The position numbers and the translations under genes were made by a program. Positions 1 to 9,008 of a stretch of 64,000 nt of DNA are shown here, piece by piece; the first letter of the stretch is position 1; the number at the start of each line of letters is the position of its first letter. This stretch comes from an uncultured Actinomycetes bacterium (GTDB taxonomy: Bacteria; Actinomycetota; Thermoleophilia; UBA2241): assembly GCA_963767005.1 (NCBI GenBank), contig CAVYCN010000004.1, positions 352,001 to 416,000 on the forward strand. Direction: 5' to 3'. The notes beneath the pieces are model-generated. The model did not search any database. It was not told the origin of the DNA and was given only the letters and a program-made list of their open reading frames with translations.

Positions 1-100
1 CGGTCGCCACCGGCCCCTCGCGCGGCCCCAGCACCGTGTTCACGTGGGCGGCGTCGACGCCCTCGCCCACGAACGCCTCACCGATCAGCATCTCGTCCAT
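1..100 (-). CDS. fae: Formaldehyde-activating enzyme (Fae) family protein, 5' part only (runs off window edge)
   Basis: Minus strand AAGGAG RBS, then ATG at 100: MDEMLIGEAFVGEGVDAAHVNTVLGPREGPVAT, matching the Fae N-terminal pattern (IGEAxVGEGxxxAHxxxxxGPRxGPV). Not in the ORF track. Confidence 0.8.
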   Translation of the reverse strand, partial: MDEMLIGEAFVGEGVDAAHVNTVLGPREGPVAT

Positions 101-262
101 GCCTGCGCTCTCCTTCGCGACGACGGCGCGCCGGCACTGCGCCGGCGCAGTCCCACTCGTCGCCGCTCGGGGCCCGCACCAAACCGTGGAGGCCCGCTTG
201 ACCCGACGATGAGGCCACCGGCCGATGTGGAGAGTTCGGAGCGCCACGATAGGCCTGTGCGG

Positions 263-305
263 TAGAATATTCGTCGGTCGTCTTGACGGGCAGAACTTCT
301 TGCTG
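263..305. promoter_or_regulatory. Two candidate Lrp-type binding sites in the divergent fae/lrp promoter region
   Basis: TAGAATATTCGTCGG (263-277) and CAGAACTTCTTGCTG (291-305) each match 12/15 of the E. coli Lrp consensus YAGHAWATTWTDCTR. They are AT-rich islands in GC-rich DNA, with TTGACG between them. Confidence 0.4.
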
Positions 306-345
306 GAACATTGAGGTCGGCCTGCATCTGAGTTGAGGAGGAGGC

Positions 346-810
346 GTGGACCAGCTCGACCGCGAGATCCTCGTCGCGCTGCAGCACGAGGGGCGCAAGT
401 CCAATCTGGCGCTCGCGCGCGAGCTCGACCTGTCGCCGTCGGCCATGCTGGGGCGCGTGCGCCGTCTCGAGCAGTCGGGCGCGATCCGCGGCTACCGCGC
501 CGAGGTCGACCCCGCCGCCCTCGGCATCAGCGTGCAGGCGCTCACCGTGGTCAAGCTGCGCGAGCACAGCGAGCAGGCCATCCGCCAGTTCGAAGCCGCG
601 GTCAAGGACGTCGTCGGGGTGCGCGCCTGCTACCACGTCACCGGGCAGTTCGACATGGTGATGGTGCTCGCCCTCCGCGACCTCGATCATCTCGCTCAGA
701 TGATCCGGGTCGACCTGGCCCGCATCCCGGGCGTCATGCAGCTCGAGACCATGCTCATCATGGCGGAATCCGTGGCCGACCAGGGCTGGCCGGTCTTCAG
801 CGAGGAATGA
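346..810 (+). CDS. Lrp/AsnC family transcriptional regulator
   Basis: MDQLDREIL..LQHEGRKSN..LARELDLSPS...RVRRLEQSGAIRGYRA HTH, C-terminal CYHVTGQFD; GAGGAGG RBS. Confidence 0.95.
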   Translation: MDQLDREILVALQHEGRKSNLALARELDLSPSAMLGRVRRLEQSGAIRGYRAEVDPAALGISVQALTVVKLREHSEQAIRQFEAAVKDVVGVRACYHVTGQFDMVMVLALRDLDHLAQMIRVDLARIPGVMQLETMLIMAESVADQGWPVFSEE

Positions 811-856
811 GACGAGCCGGCGCCTTCGGCGCCGGCTCGGCGCGAAGGAGGTACCG

Positions 857-1708
857 ATGCCGAAGAAGGGCGTCCTCGAGCTCACCGCGATGAAGCGTGC
901 CGGCCAGAAGATCACCTGGCTGACCGCCTACGACTACCCCACAGCGTCGTTCGAGCAGGCCGCCGGCGTCGACATGATCCTGGTCGGCGACTCGCTCGGC
1001 ATGTGCGTGTACGGCTACCCGGGCACCGTGCCTGTCACCATGGACCAGTGCATCGTGCACTCAGAAGCCGTGCGCCGTGCCGCGCCCGACTGCTTCGTGG
1101 TCGGCGACATGCCGTTCATGAGCTATCAGGCGTCCGACGAAGACGCCGTGCGCAACGCCGGCCGCTTCTTGAAAGAGGCCGCCGTCGATGCCATCAAGCT
1201 CGAGGGCGGTGTGCGCATCGTCTCGCGCGTGCGGGCGATCCTCGACGCCGGCATCGTGGTCTGCGGCCACATCGGCCTGACGCCGCAGAGCTCTGGTCAG
1301 CTCGGCGGGCACAAGGCGCAGGGTCGCACGCTCGAGTCGGCCAAGCTCGTGGTCGACGACGCCCGCGCGCTCGCCGAGGCCGGCGTGCAGCTGCTGCTGC
1401 TCGAGGCCGTGCCGCCCGAGGTCGCGGCCTTCATCACCGCCGAGCTGACGATCCCGGTGCTCGGCATCGGCGCCGGTGAGGCGGTCGACGGCCAGCTCCT
1501 CATCGTGAGCGACGTGCTCGGCACCTTCCAGGCCTTCACGCCGAAGTTCGTGAAGAAGTACGCGGATCTCGCCGGCGTGGCGACGGCCGCCCTCACGGAG
1601 TACGTGACCGACGTGCGCGCCGGGCGCTTCCCCGAGGAGCAGCACTGCTACCGCATGCTCGAGGGCGAGCACGACCGCTTCCTGGAGTTCACGCGGCAGA
1701 AGGTCTGA
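857..1708 (+). CDS. panB: 3-methyl-2-oxobutanoate hydroxymethyltransferase (PanB family)
   Basis: LTAYD, ILVGDSLGM, GDMPFMSY, KLEGG, GHIGLTPQ, IGIGAG-like and DGQ motifs; AAGGAGG RBS. Confidence 0.95.
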   Translation: MPKKGVLELTAMKRAGQKITWLTAYDYPTASFEQAAGVDMILVGDSLGMCVYGYPGTVPVTMDQCIVHSEAVRRAAPDCFVVGDMPFMSYQASDEDAVRNAGRFLKEAAVDAIKLEGGVRIVSRVRAILDAGIVVCGHIGLTPQSSGQLGGHKAQGRTLESAKLVVDDARALAEAGVQLLLLEAVPPEVAAFITAELTIPVLGIGAGEAVDGQLLIVSDVLGTFQAFTPKFVKKYADLAGVATAALTEYVTDVRAGRFPEEQHCYRMLEGEHDRFLEFTRQKV

Positions 1709-1711
1709 CGC

Positions 1712-2977
1712 TTGAACGCCGCCAACCTTCCCCCCAGCTCCCCCCGGCGCCGATTGGCGGGCGCCCGCGCAGCCGGCGCCCCGGGCGCCGCCCGCGTCGA
1801 CGACCTCGGCACCGAGACGGTGTTCGCGGTCGCGGCCGACTGTGCGGCGCTGGCCGCCACCGGTCGCACCGTCTATCCGTTCCACCTCGGCGACCTCAAC
1901 ATCCCGACCCCCGCCAACATCACCGAGGCGGCCTTCCGCGCGATCGCCGAGGGCAAGACCGGCTACTGCCCGAACGGCGGCATCGCGCCGCTGCGCGAGG
2001 CGATCGCCGCCGACGTCGGCGGCGCACGCGGCATCGCCTACGGCCCCGAGCACGTGAGCGTGCAGCCCGGCGGCAAGCCGGTGATTGGCAAGTTCCTGCT
2101 TACCCTCATGGACCCCGGCGACGAGGTGCTCTACCCGAACCCGGGCTTTCCCATCTACAGCTCGCTGATCGAGTTCTTCGGCGGCCGCGCGGTGCCCTAC
2201 ACCTACGTCGAGGGGCCGGAAGGCTTCGCCCTCGACCTCGAGCAGATCGAGCGCCTGATCACGCCGGCCACGCGGCTGCTCATCCTGAACGACCTGCACA
2301 ACCCCACCGGCGTGCAGTGCGCGCCGCGCGAGCTCGAACGCGTCGCCGACCTCGCCCGGCGCCACGACCTCTTCGTGCTCTCCGACGAGGCCTACTTCGA
2401 CGTACGGTACGCTGCTCCGAGCCGCTCAATCGCCAGCCTGCCCGGCATGCAGGAGCGCACGGTCATCCTCTACACGTTCTCCAAGAAGTACGCGATGACC
2501 GGCTGGCGGCTGGGCGCGGCGATCGGGCCGGCGTGGTTCATCGACGTCTGCACTACGCTCAACACGAACGTCGAGTCGTGCACCAACCATTTCGTGCAGG
2601 CGGCCGGCGTCGAGGCGCTCACCGGCGACCAGAGCGGCGCCCAGGCGATCCTCGCCGAGCTCGTGCGCAGGCGCGACGCGGCCTGCGACGCGCTCAACGC
2701 CTGCCCCGGCATCACCTGCCTGCGACCCGAGACCACGTTCTACCTGTATCCGAACGTGACCAGGGCGATGGCGCTCACCGGCCTGACCGATTACGAGGAC
2801 TTCCGGCGCGCCATCCTGGCCGAGACCGGGGTGTCGATGTGCACGCGCCTGCACTTCGGGCCCGAGCTGCCCGGCGAGACGCAGCGCTACCTGCGCTTCG
2901 CCTACTCGGGTCTCGAGGTGGAGCGCATCGAGGAGGGCCTCGCGGCGCTGCGCACGTTCCTCGAACAGCGCGCGTGA
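1712..2977 (+). CDS. Class I/II PLP-dependent aminotransferase (AspC-like)
   Basis: HNPTG, LSDEAY and FSKKYAMTGWRLG motifs; start codon uncertain. Confidence 0.9.
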   Translation: MNAANLPPSSPRRRLAGARAAGAPGAARVDDLGTETVFAVAADCAALAATGRTVYPFHLGDLNIPTPANITEAAFRAIAEGKTGYCPNGGIAPLREAIAADVGGARGIAYGPEHVSVQPGGKPVIGKFLLTLMDPGDEVLYPNPGFPIYSSLIEFFGGRAVPYTYVEGPEGFALDLEQIERLITPATRLLILNDLHNPTGVQCAPRELERVADLARRHDLFVLSDEAYFDVRYAAPSRSIASLPGMQERTVILYTFSKKYAMTGWRLGAAIGPAWFIDVCTTLNTNVESCTNHFVQAAGVEALTGDQSGAQAILAELVRRRDAACDALNACPGITCLRPETTFYLYPNVTRAMALTGLTDYEDFRRAILAETGVSMCTRLHFGPELPGETQRYLRFAYSGLEVERIEEGLAALRTFLEQRA

Positions 2978-3095
2978 CGCCGCGCTCCCCGACAAGACCA
3001 CGCGTGACGGCGCCCGAACGACGGGCGGTGCTACGCTGCCAGGTGACCGGAACGGTCGTCGACCAGTCCATGACCATGCGGAGGAGACAAGGACG

Positions 3096-4547
3096 ATGAA
3101 AGAGGTTCGTGACCCGGCGATCACCGGTCGACTGACCGTGCTGAGCCAACAGGGCAAGCAGGACATCTACGCCGCCGCCGTGCGCATCGTGAGCGAGATC
3201 GGCATGCGCGTGCCGCACCAGACCTCGCGCGACATGCTGCTCGCCGCGGGTGCGACCGTCGCAGACGGCGACCTCGTGCGTCTCACGCCCGCCATGGTCG
3301 AGCAGGCGCGCGCGACGGCGCCCGCGTCGTTCAGCGTCTACGACCGCAACGGCGAGCCGGCCATGGAAGTCGGCAGGTACCACAGCTACTTCGGCACGGG
3401 CTCCGACCTGATGGAGATCTACGACCTCGAGACCGGTGAGCCGCGCGAGAGCGGTCTAGCCGATGTGGCGCGCGCCGCGCACCTTTGCGACGGCCTGCCG
3501 AACATCGACTTCATCATGTCGTGCGCCTACCCGCACGACGTGCAGCCCGCCTCGCGCGCCTACCTCGAGAGCTTCCGCGCGATGATCACCAGCACCACCA
3601 AGCCGATGGTCATGACGGCCGAGGGCGCCGGCGACCTCGAGGTCATGTGGCGCATCGCCTGCGCGCTGCGCGGCGGCGAGGACGAGCTGCGCGCCAAGCC
3701 GTACTTCATCATGTACGGCGAGCCGGTCAGCCCGCTCAAGCACGCGGTCGAGGTGCTCGACAAGCTCCTCTTCTGCGCCGACAAGGGCATCCCGGCGATC
3801 TACTCGCCGGCGCCGAGCGCCGGGGCGACCGCACCGATCACGCAGGCCGGCCACATCGTGCTGGCCGTCGCCGAGTCCCTCTTCGGCCTCGTCATCCACC
3901 AGCTCCGCGTGCCGGGCGCGCCCTTCATCTTCGGCATGGGCCCGGTCAAGATCGACATGTCGACGCTCCAGGCCCTCTACAACTCGGCCGAGTACTACAC
4001 GACCATCCTCGGCATCTGCGAGATGGCCAAGTGGCTCGACCTGCCCAACTGGGGCTATGCCGGCTCGAGCGATTCGCACGTGGTCGACGCCCAGGCCGGC
4101 ATGGACGCGGCCGAGCTCACCATGCTGTCGATGCAGGCCGGCTCCAACCTGAACCACGACATCGGCTACCTCGCCTTTGGCCTGATCGGCGCCCTCGAGC
4201 TCGTGGTGATCACCGACGAGATCGTGTCGCTCAACCGTCGCACGTTCGAGGGCATCGAGGTGAGCCCCGAGACGCTCGGCTACGACGTCATCGCCAAGGT
4301 CGGCCCGGGCGGCAACTTCCTGCGCGAGAAGCACACCGCCAAGTACGTGCGCGGCCAGCAGTGGATGCCGACGATCCTGAACCGCAAGACGCGCGAGAAC
4401 TGGAAGGCCGACGGCGCCCCCGACCTGCGCGAGCGGGCCCGCCGGCGGGCGCTCGACATCCTCGCCGATCACAAGCCCGAGCCCATCCCCGCCGCCCTCA
4501 TGGAGAAGGTCGACGCGCTGACCGACTCCTACCAGCCGGTGGCGTGA
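3096..4547 (+). CDS. MttB-superfamily (trimethylamine methyltransferase-like) corrinoid methyltransferase, non-pyrrolysine (copy 1)
   Basis: SPL, AGATAPITxAG, PGAPFIFG, SDSHVVDAQAG and VGPGGNFL motifs; no in-frame amber codon. Confidence 0.92.
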   Translation: MKEVRDPAITGRLTVLSQQGKQDIYAAAVRIVSEIGMRVPHQTSRDMLLAAGATVADGDLVRLTPAMVEQARATAPASFSVYDRNGEPAMEVGRYHSYFGTGSDLMEIYDLETGEPRESGLADVARAAHLCDGLPNIDFIMSCAYPHDVQPASRAYLESFRAMITSTTKPMVMTAEGAGDLEVMWRIACALRGGEDELRAKPYFIMYGEPVSPLKHAVEVLDKLLFCADKGIPAIYSPAPSAGATAPITQAGHIVLAVAESLFGLVIHQLRVPGAPFIFGMGPVKIDMSTLQALYNSAEYYTTILGICEMAKWLDLPNWGYAGSSDSHVVDAQAGMDAAELTMLSMQAGSNLNHDIGYLAFGLIGALELVVITDEIVSLNRRTFEGIEVSPETLGYDVIAKVGPGGNFLREKHTAKYVRGQQWMPTILNRKTRENWKADGAPDLRERARRRALDILADHKPEPIPAALMEKVDALTDSYQPVA

Positions 4548-4583
4548 CGGGGCGAGGCGACCGCGCGTCGCGCGGGTGACGCG

Positions 4584-5966
4584 GTGATCGACGAGGCGGG
4601 TCTCGAGGCGATCCACGCGGGTGCGCTGCGCCTGCTGTCCGACGTTGGGTGCGCGGTGCTCTCGTCCGAGGCGCTCGCGCTGTTCGCCGCCGCCGGTGCG
4701 GCGGTCGACGGTCGCCGCGTGCGTATCGGCGAGCGGCTCGTGGAGCGCGCGCTCGCGACGGCGCCGGCCGGCTACACCGTAGCCGGCCGGCGCCCCGAGC
4801 TCGACCGCGCTGTCGGCGCCGGCGCCGCGCCGGTGCTGTGCTCGGCTTCGGGCCCGGCCTTCGTGCTCGAGCGCGGTGAGCGGCGTCACGGCACGCTGGC
4901 CGACATGCGTGAGGCCGTGGCGCTGTTCCACCAGTCGGCCAACCTCGACGTCTACGGCATCGCCATCACGCCGCTCGACGTGCCCGAGGAGCGCCGGCCG
5001 CAGGTGGTCGGCCACGCGATCGCGACGGGCACCGACAGGCCGTCGCGCGTCGACGTCACGACCGAGCTCGAGCTGCAGGTCGCCATCGACGTCGCCGAGA
5101 TCGTCCACGGCGCCGACTGGCACTTGCGTCCGCGCCTGTGGATCGTGATCAACTCGACCTCACCGCTGCAGCTCTCGGCCGAGGCCTGCCGGGCCGTGCT
5201 GCGCCTCGCCCGCCTGGGCCAGCCCGTCTGCCTGACCGCCTGCGCGATGGCCGGCACCACGGCGCCGGTCACGCCGGCCGGCCTGCTCGCCGTGCAGCAC
5301 GCCGAGCTGCTCGCCGGCCTCGTGCTCACCCAGCTCGCGGCTCCGGGCGCTCCGTTCCTGTACGGCGGCACGTCGTCGGTGTCGTCCATGCACAGCGGCG
5401 CGCTGCTCATGGGCGCGCCCGAGTTCTGGCCGCTCGTCGAGGCCACGGTCGCGTTGGGCCACCGGCTCGGGCTGCCGGTGCGGGCCGGCGGCGCGCTCAC
5501 CGACTCCCACCTGCCCGACGCCCAGGCCGGCATCGAGTCGGCCCTCGCCCTCGACGCGGCCCTGCGCGCCGGCGTCGACTTCGTGCTGCACGCCGCGGGC
5601 ATCCTCTCGTCGTTCAACTCGTTCTCCAAGACGAAGCTCGTGACCGACGACGAGCTGATCGGGCTCCTGCGCCGCGCGCATCGCCCGATCGTGGTCGACG
5701 ACGAGACGCTGGCCCTCGACGTCGTGGCGGCGGCGGGGCCGGGCGGCACGCTGCTCGGCCAGTCCCACACGCGCCGCCACGCCCACGAGGCCGGGCCCGA
5801 CGGCCTCATGAACCGCGATCCTTACGAGACCTGGAGCGCTCAGGGTGGCTCCGACCTCGCCGCGCGCGCCGAGCGGCGCGTGGCCGAGCTGCTCGAATCG
5901 TACCGGCCGCCCGACGACCTCGACCCGGTCACCCGCCGCCAGCTCGACGAGTACTGCCTGGGGTAG
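4584..5966 (+). CDS. MttB-superfamily methyltransferase, non-pyrrolysine (copy 2; MtgB-like RAGGALTD motif)
   Basis: NSTSPL, MAGTTAPVTPAG, PGAPFLYG, RAGGALTDSHLPDAQAGIES, HAAG. Confidence 0.92.
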   Translation: MIDEAGLEAIHAGALRLLSDVGCAVLSSEALALFAAAGAAVDGRRVRIGERLVERALATAPAGYTVAGRRPELDRAVGAGAAPVLCSASGPAFVLERGERRHGTLADMREAVALFHQSANLDVYGIAITPLDVPEERRPQVVGHAIATGTDRPSRVDVTTELELQVAIDVAEIVHGADWHLRPRLWIVINSTSPLQLSAEACRAVLRLARLGQPVCLTACAMAGTTAPVTPAGLLAVQHAELLAGLVLTQLAAPGAPFLYGGTSSVSSMHSGALLMGAPEFWPLVEATVALGHRLGLPVRAGGALTDSHLPDAQAGIESALALDAALRAGVDFVLHAAGILSSFNSFSKTKLVTDDELIGLLRRAHRPIVVDDETLALDVVAAAGPGGTLLGQSHTRRHAHEAGPDGLMNRDPYETWSAQGGSDLAARAERRVAELLESYRPPDDLDPVTRRQLDEYCLG

Positions 5967-6081
5967 ACCGGCTCAGGCGAAGGGCGCGGGCGCCGGCGGC
6001 CAGGGTCGCCGGCGCCCGCGCCGCGACAGACAGACGACTACGAACGCGACGAGAGATCGCTTTGACACGAAGGAGGACCTG

Positions 6082-6732
6082 GTGAGCGACGAACTCTACG
6101 CAAAGATGGCCCAGGCGGTGATCGACGGCGAAGACGACAGCGCCGCCGCCTTGGCCCAGCAGGGCCTCGACGCCGGCCTCAGTGCGGCCGACATCCTGGA
6201 CAAGGGCTTCGTCAAGGGCATCGAGACCGTCGGCGAGCTGTTCGGCAAGGGCGAGTTCTTCCTGCCCGAGCTGGTCCAGGGGGCCGAGGCCATGAAGGCC
6301 GCGGTGAAGGTCCTGCAGCCCGCCCTGGATGCCTCCAAGGAGGGCCGCAAGGCGACCGGCATCGCGGTCGCCGGCACGGTGGCCGGCGACATCCACGAGA
6401 TCGGCAAGACGATCGTCTGCTCCATGCTCAGCGCGGCCGGCTTTGAGGTCACCGACGTGGGCTGCGACGTGGCCCCCGAGACCTTCGTCGCCACCTGCCA
6501 GTCCGTCAAGCCCGACCTGCTGCTGCTCAGTGCCCTGCTGACCACCACCATGCCCAACCAGCAAAAGACGATCGAGGCCCTGAAGGCCGCCGGTCTGCGC
6601 GAGTCGATCAAGGTGATGATCGGCGGCGCCCCGACGACGCGCGCCTGGGCCGATGAGATCGGCGCCGACGGCTACGCCGAGGACGCCATCGAGGCCGTGA
6701 GTGCCGCCAAGGGCCTGCTCGGCGTGGCCTGA
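6082..6732 (+). CDS. Cobalamin-binding corrinoid protein (MttC/MtbC-like)
   Basis: AAGGAGG RBS, then GTG at 6082; B12 cap domain (FFLPEL), GDIHEIGK (DxHxxG), SALLTTT, IGGAP. Confidence 0.95.
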   Translation: MSDELYAKMAQAVIDGEDDSAAALAQQGLDAGLSAADILDKGFVKGIETVGELFGKGEFFLPELVQGAEAMKAAVKVLQPALDASKEGRKATGIAVAGTVAGDIHEIGKTIVCSMLSAAGFEVTDVGCDVAPETFVATCQSVKPDLLLLSALLTTTMPNQQKTIEALKAAGLRESIKVMIGGAPTTRAWADEIGADGYAEDAIEAVSAAKGLLGVA

Positions 6733-6785
6733 GCCGACAGCCGGCTCACCCGCTTTTCGTCGCCCACAGCGACGGACCCGGTGAG

Positions 6786-6829
6786 GGCGGGGGCGGGCGG
6801 CGCGCACGTGCGCGCCGCCCGCCCCCGCC
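6786..6829. terminator. Perfect 44-bp GC-rich palindrome, probable terminator of the panB-mttB-corrinoid unit
   Basis: GGCGGGGGCGGGCGGCGCGCAC|GTGCGCGCCGCCCGCCCCCGCC followed by GTCTTC. Confidence 0.6.
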
Positions 6830-6901
6830 GTCTTCGTGCCGCCGGCCCGGCGTGGCTCGGCGCGAGCATTGTCGGCGGCGGCGGCGTAGACTGCACTGGC
6901 C

Positions 6902-8170
6902 ATGGCCGAGCACGACGACATCAGAGCGCGCCTGCGCATCGAACCCGCCGACCTCGAGGCGGTCAACGCCTTCTTGAGCGACCCCGACAACCCCTTCGTC
7001 ACGAGCCTGCTCGAGGTCGTCGACCGGTACGGCGGCGTCGACGCGGTCAATCGCGCGGCCGACGAGGCCGGCCGCCTCGAGAACCGGCTCGCGCGCCTGC
7101 GCGAGGAGCACTCCACCTACCTTGCGGACGTCGAGTGGCTGGCCGAGCAGCGCGACGCGGGCCGCTTCGTCAAGCTGGCCGACTACCGCGACGCCGTGCT
7201 GGCCGACGCCCCGGGCGCCGCGGCGGGCGGCGACGCGAACGCCGTGACGCTCGAGATCAGCGCCCTGCAGTTCTTCCCCTGGCTGATCGCCGAGGCCCGC
7301 GAGGCGATCGAGCGCCGCGAGCTCATGCCGGGGCGCTTCATCCGCGAGCGCAACATGGCCGAGCAGTCGCGCCCCGGCGGCGACCTGCTCGCGGTGTGCG
7401 CGGCCATGCAGGTGATCGGTGCGACGCATGTCGAGAGCCTCGACACGCGCGGCATCGACGGCGCCAACCTGATGGTCGGAGTCGAGACGATCGCCGGGTA
7501 CTTCGGCGGCATCGGCGAGCCCAACGAGCACGTCCTGCGCTGGGTCGACGAGCACCTGCACTACCTCACCGAGTTCGGCGTGCGCGAGGTCCTCAACTTC
7601 AACATGGGCACCATCCTCGCGGCCTTCGTGCTGCGCAAGCTGGGCGTGCGCAACCACTTCAAGATCTCGGTCTTCATGGGCGTCGACAACCCCTGGTCGG
7701 TGCTCTGGCTGCTCATGGGCGCGCGCCTGCTGGGCGGCGGCGCCGGCGGCACGAGCCTGAGCGGCATCAACTTCTCGAACTCGGCCGACTCCGACACGCT
7801 GCGCGGTGCGTCGGCGGCGCGCGAGGCCCTGGGCCTGCGCGACGCCGTGCGCTTCGAGCACCACGTGACCGAGGCCTACAAGTCGATCGTGCGCCAGCCC
7901 TACGAGCGCCGCGCCGAGGTCGTCGAGATCGCCGCCGACGTGCCCAACATCTCGGCAGAGCACGAGGGCGGCGACCCCGCGGTCGAAGCCGGTCGCAAGC
8001 ACCGCAGCGACATCCTCGACTACTTCATCTCCGAGAACGTGATCGTCGCCGCCGGCGCCATGGAGGCGCTGCAGCGCAACTACTTGGATAAGCACGCCGC
8101 GCTCAACCACACCGCCGCCGACCTCATCCGGGCCGGCATCGGGGTCAAGCCGGCGAGCCTGTTGCACTAG
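6902..8170 (+). CDS. Uncharacterised 422-aa soluble protein
   Basis: Typical host codon bias and globular alpha/beta composition; candidate conserved motifs (LEISALQFFPW, GYFGGIG, EHH, EHEGGDP); family not recognised. Confidence 0.8.
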   Translation: MAEHDDIRARLRIEPADLEAVNAFLSDPDNPFVTSLLEVVDRYGGVDAVNRAADEAGRLENRLARLREEHSTYLADVEWLAEQRDAGRFVKLADYRDAVLADAPGAAAGGDANAVTLEISALQFFPWLIAEAREAIERRELMPGRFIRERNMAEQSRPGGDLLAVCAAMQVIGATHVESLDTRGIDGANLMVGVETIAGYFGGIGEPNEHVLRWVDEHLHYLTEFGVREVLNFNMGTILAAFVLRKLGVRNHFKISVFMGVDNPWSVLWLLMGARLLGGGAGGTSLSGINFSNSADSDTLRGASAAREALGLRDAVRFEHHVTEAYKSIVRQPYERRAEVVEIAADVPNISAEHEGGDPAVEAGRKHRSDILDYFISENVIVAAGAMEALQRNYLDKHAALNHTAADLIRAGIGVKPASLLH

Positions 8171-8197
8171 GCCCGCGACGACGTCGCAAGCGACCCG

Positions 8198-8977
8198 ATG
8201 ACCGAGACCTCAGATCCCGCCGACCACGTCGCGCGCAACGCGGCGGTCTGGAACGAGCGGGCCGCCGACTTCGTGGCGCCCGGCGAGGCCAACTGGGCGG
8301 CCGCCGAGCCGAGCTGGGGCATCTGGGGCGTTCCCGAGTCCGAAGCTCACGTGCTTTCCGACGATCTCGCCGGCCTCGACACGATCGAGCTCGGCTGCGG
8401 CACCGCCTACGTGTCGGCCTGGCTCGCGCGCCGCGGGGCGCGGCCGGTCGGCGTCGACGTCTCGACCGAGCAGCTTGCCACGGCGCGCCGGCTGCAGCAG
8501 GAGCACGGCCAGCCGTTCCCGCTGCACGAGGTGAGCGCCGAGCACCTGCCCTTCGCCGACGAGAGCTTCGACTTCGCGATCTCCGAGTACGGCGCCTGCC
8601 TGTGGGCCGACCCGCACCTGTGGGTGCCCGAGGCGGCGCGCGTGTTGCGGCCCGGCGGCCGGCTGACCTTCCTGACCAACGGCACCATCCTGATGCTCTG
8701 CATGCCCGACGCCGTCGACGAGCCGGCCGCCGACCGCCTCGTGCGCGACTACTTCGGCATGCATCGCTTCGAGTGGGTCGACTCACCCGAGGTCGAGTTC
8801 CATCTCGGCTACGGCGACTGGATCAGGCTGCTGCGCGCCAGCGGCTTCGAGATCGAGGACCTGATCGAGCTGCGGCCGGCGACGGGCGCGGCGGCGGTCT
8901 TCGCCGACATCGTCGACCTCGAGTGGGCGCGGCGCTGGCCCTGCGAGGAGGTCTGGAAGGCGCGCAAGCGCGCCTGA
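8198..8977 (+). CDS. Class I SAM-dependent methyltransferase
   Basis: IELGCGTA motif I, LPFADESFD, EAARVLRPGG. Confidence 0.9.
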   Translation: MTETSDPADHVARNAAVWNERAADFVAPGEANWAAAEPSWGIWGVPESEAHVLSDDLAGLDTIELGCGTAYVSAWLARRGARPVGVDVSTEQLATARRLQQEHGQPFPLHEVSAEHLPFADESFDFAISEYGACLWADPHLWVPEAARVLRPGGRLTFLTNGTILMLCMPDAVDEPAADRLVRDYFGMHRFEWVDSPEVEFHLGYGDWIRLLRASGFEIEDLIELRPATGAAAVFADIVDLEWARRWPCEEVWKARKRA

Positions 8978-9008
8978 GACCGACGCGCTCGCGACGAGTC
9001 GCTCGCGC

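Noticed and set aside
1706-1714. panB and the aminotransferase are in the same frame, separated by one TGA (possible Sec readthrough fusion)
   Set aside because: PanB is already full length, the junction is a low-complexity linker with no redox motif, and no convincing SECIS is present. Translational coupling is the simpler explanation.
3096-5966. Pyrrolysine (amber) recoding in the mttB genes
   Set aside because: All five MttB ORFs are uninterrupted, and no pyl genes or tRNA-Pyl are seen.
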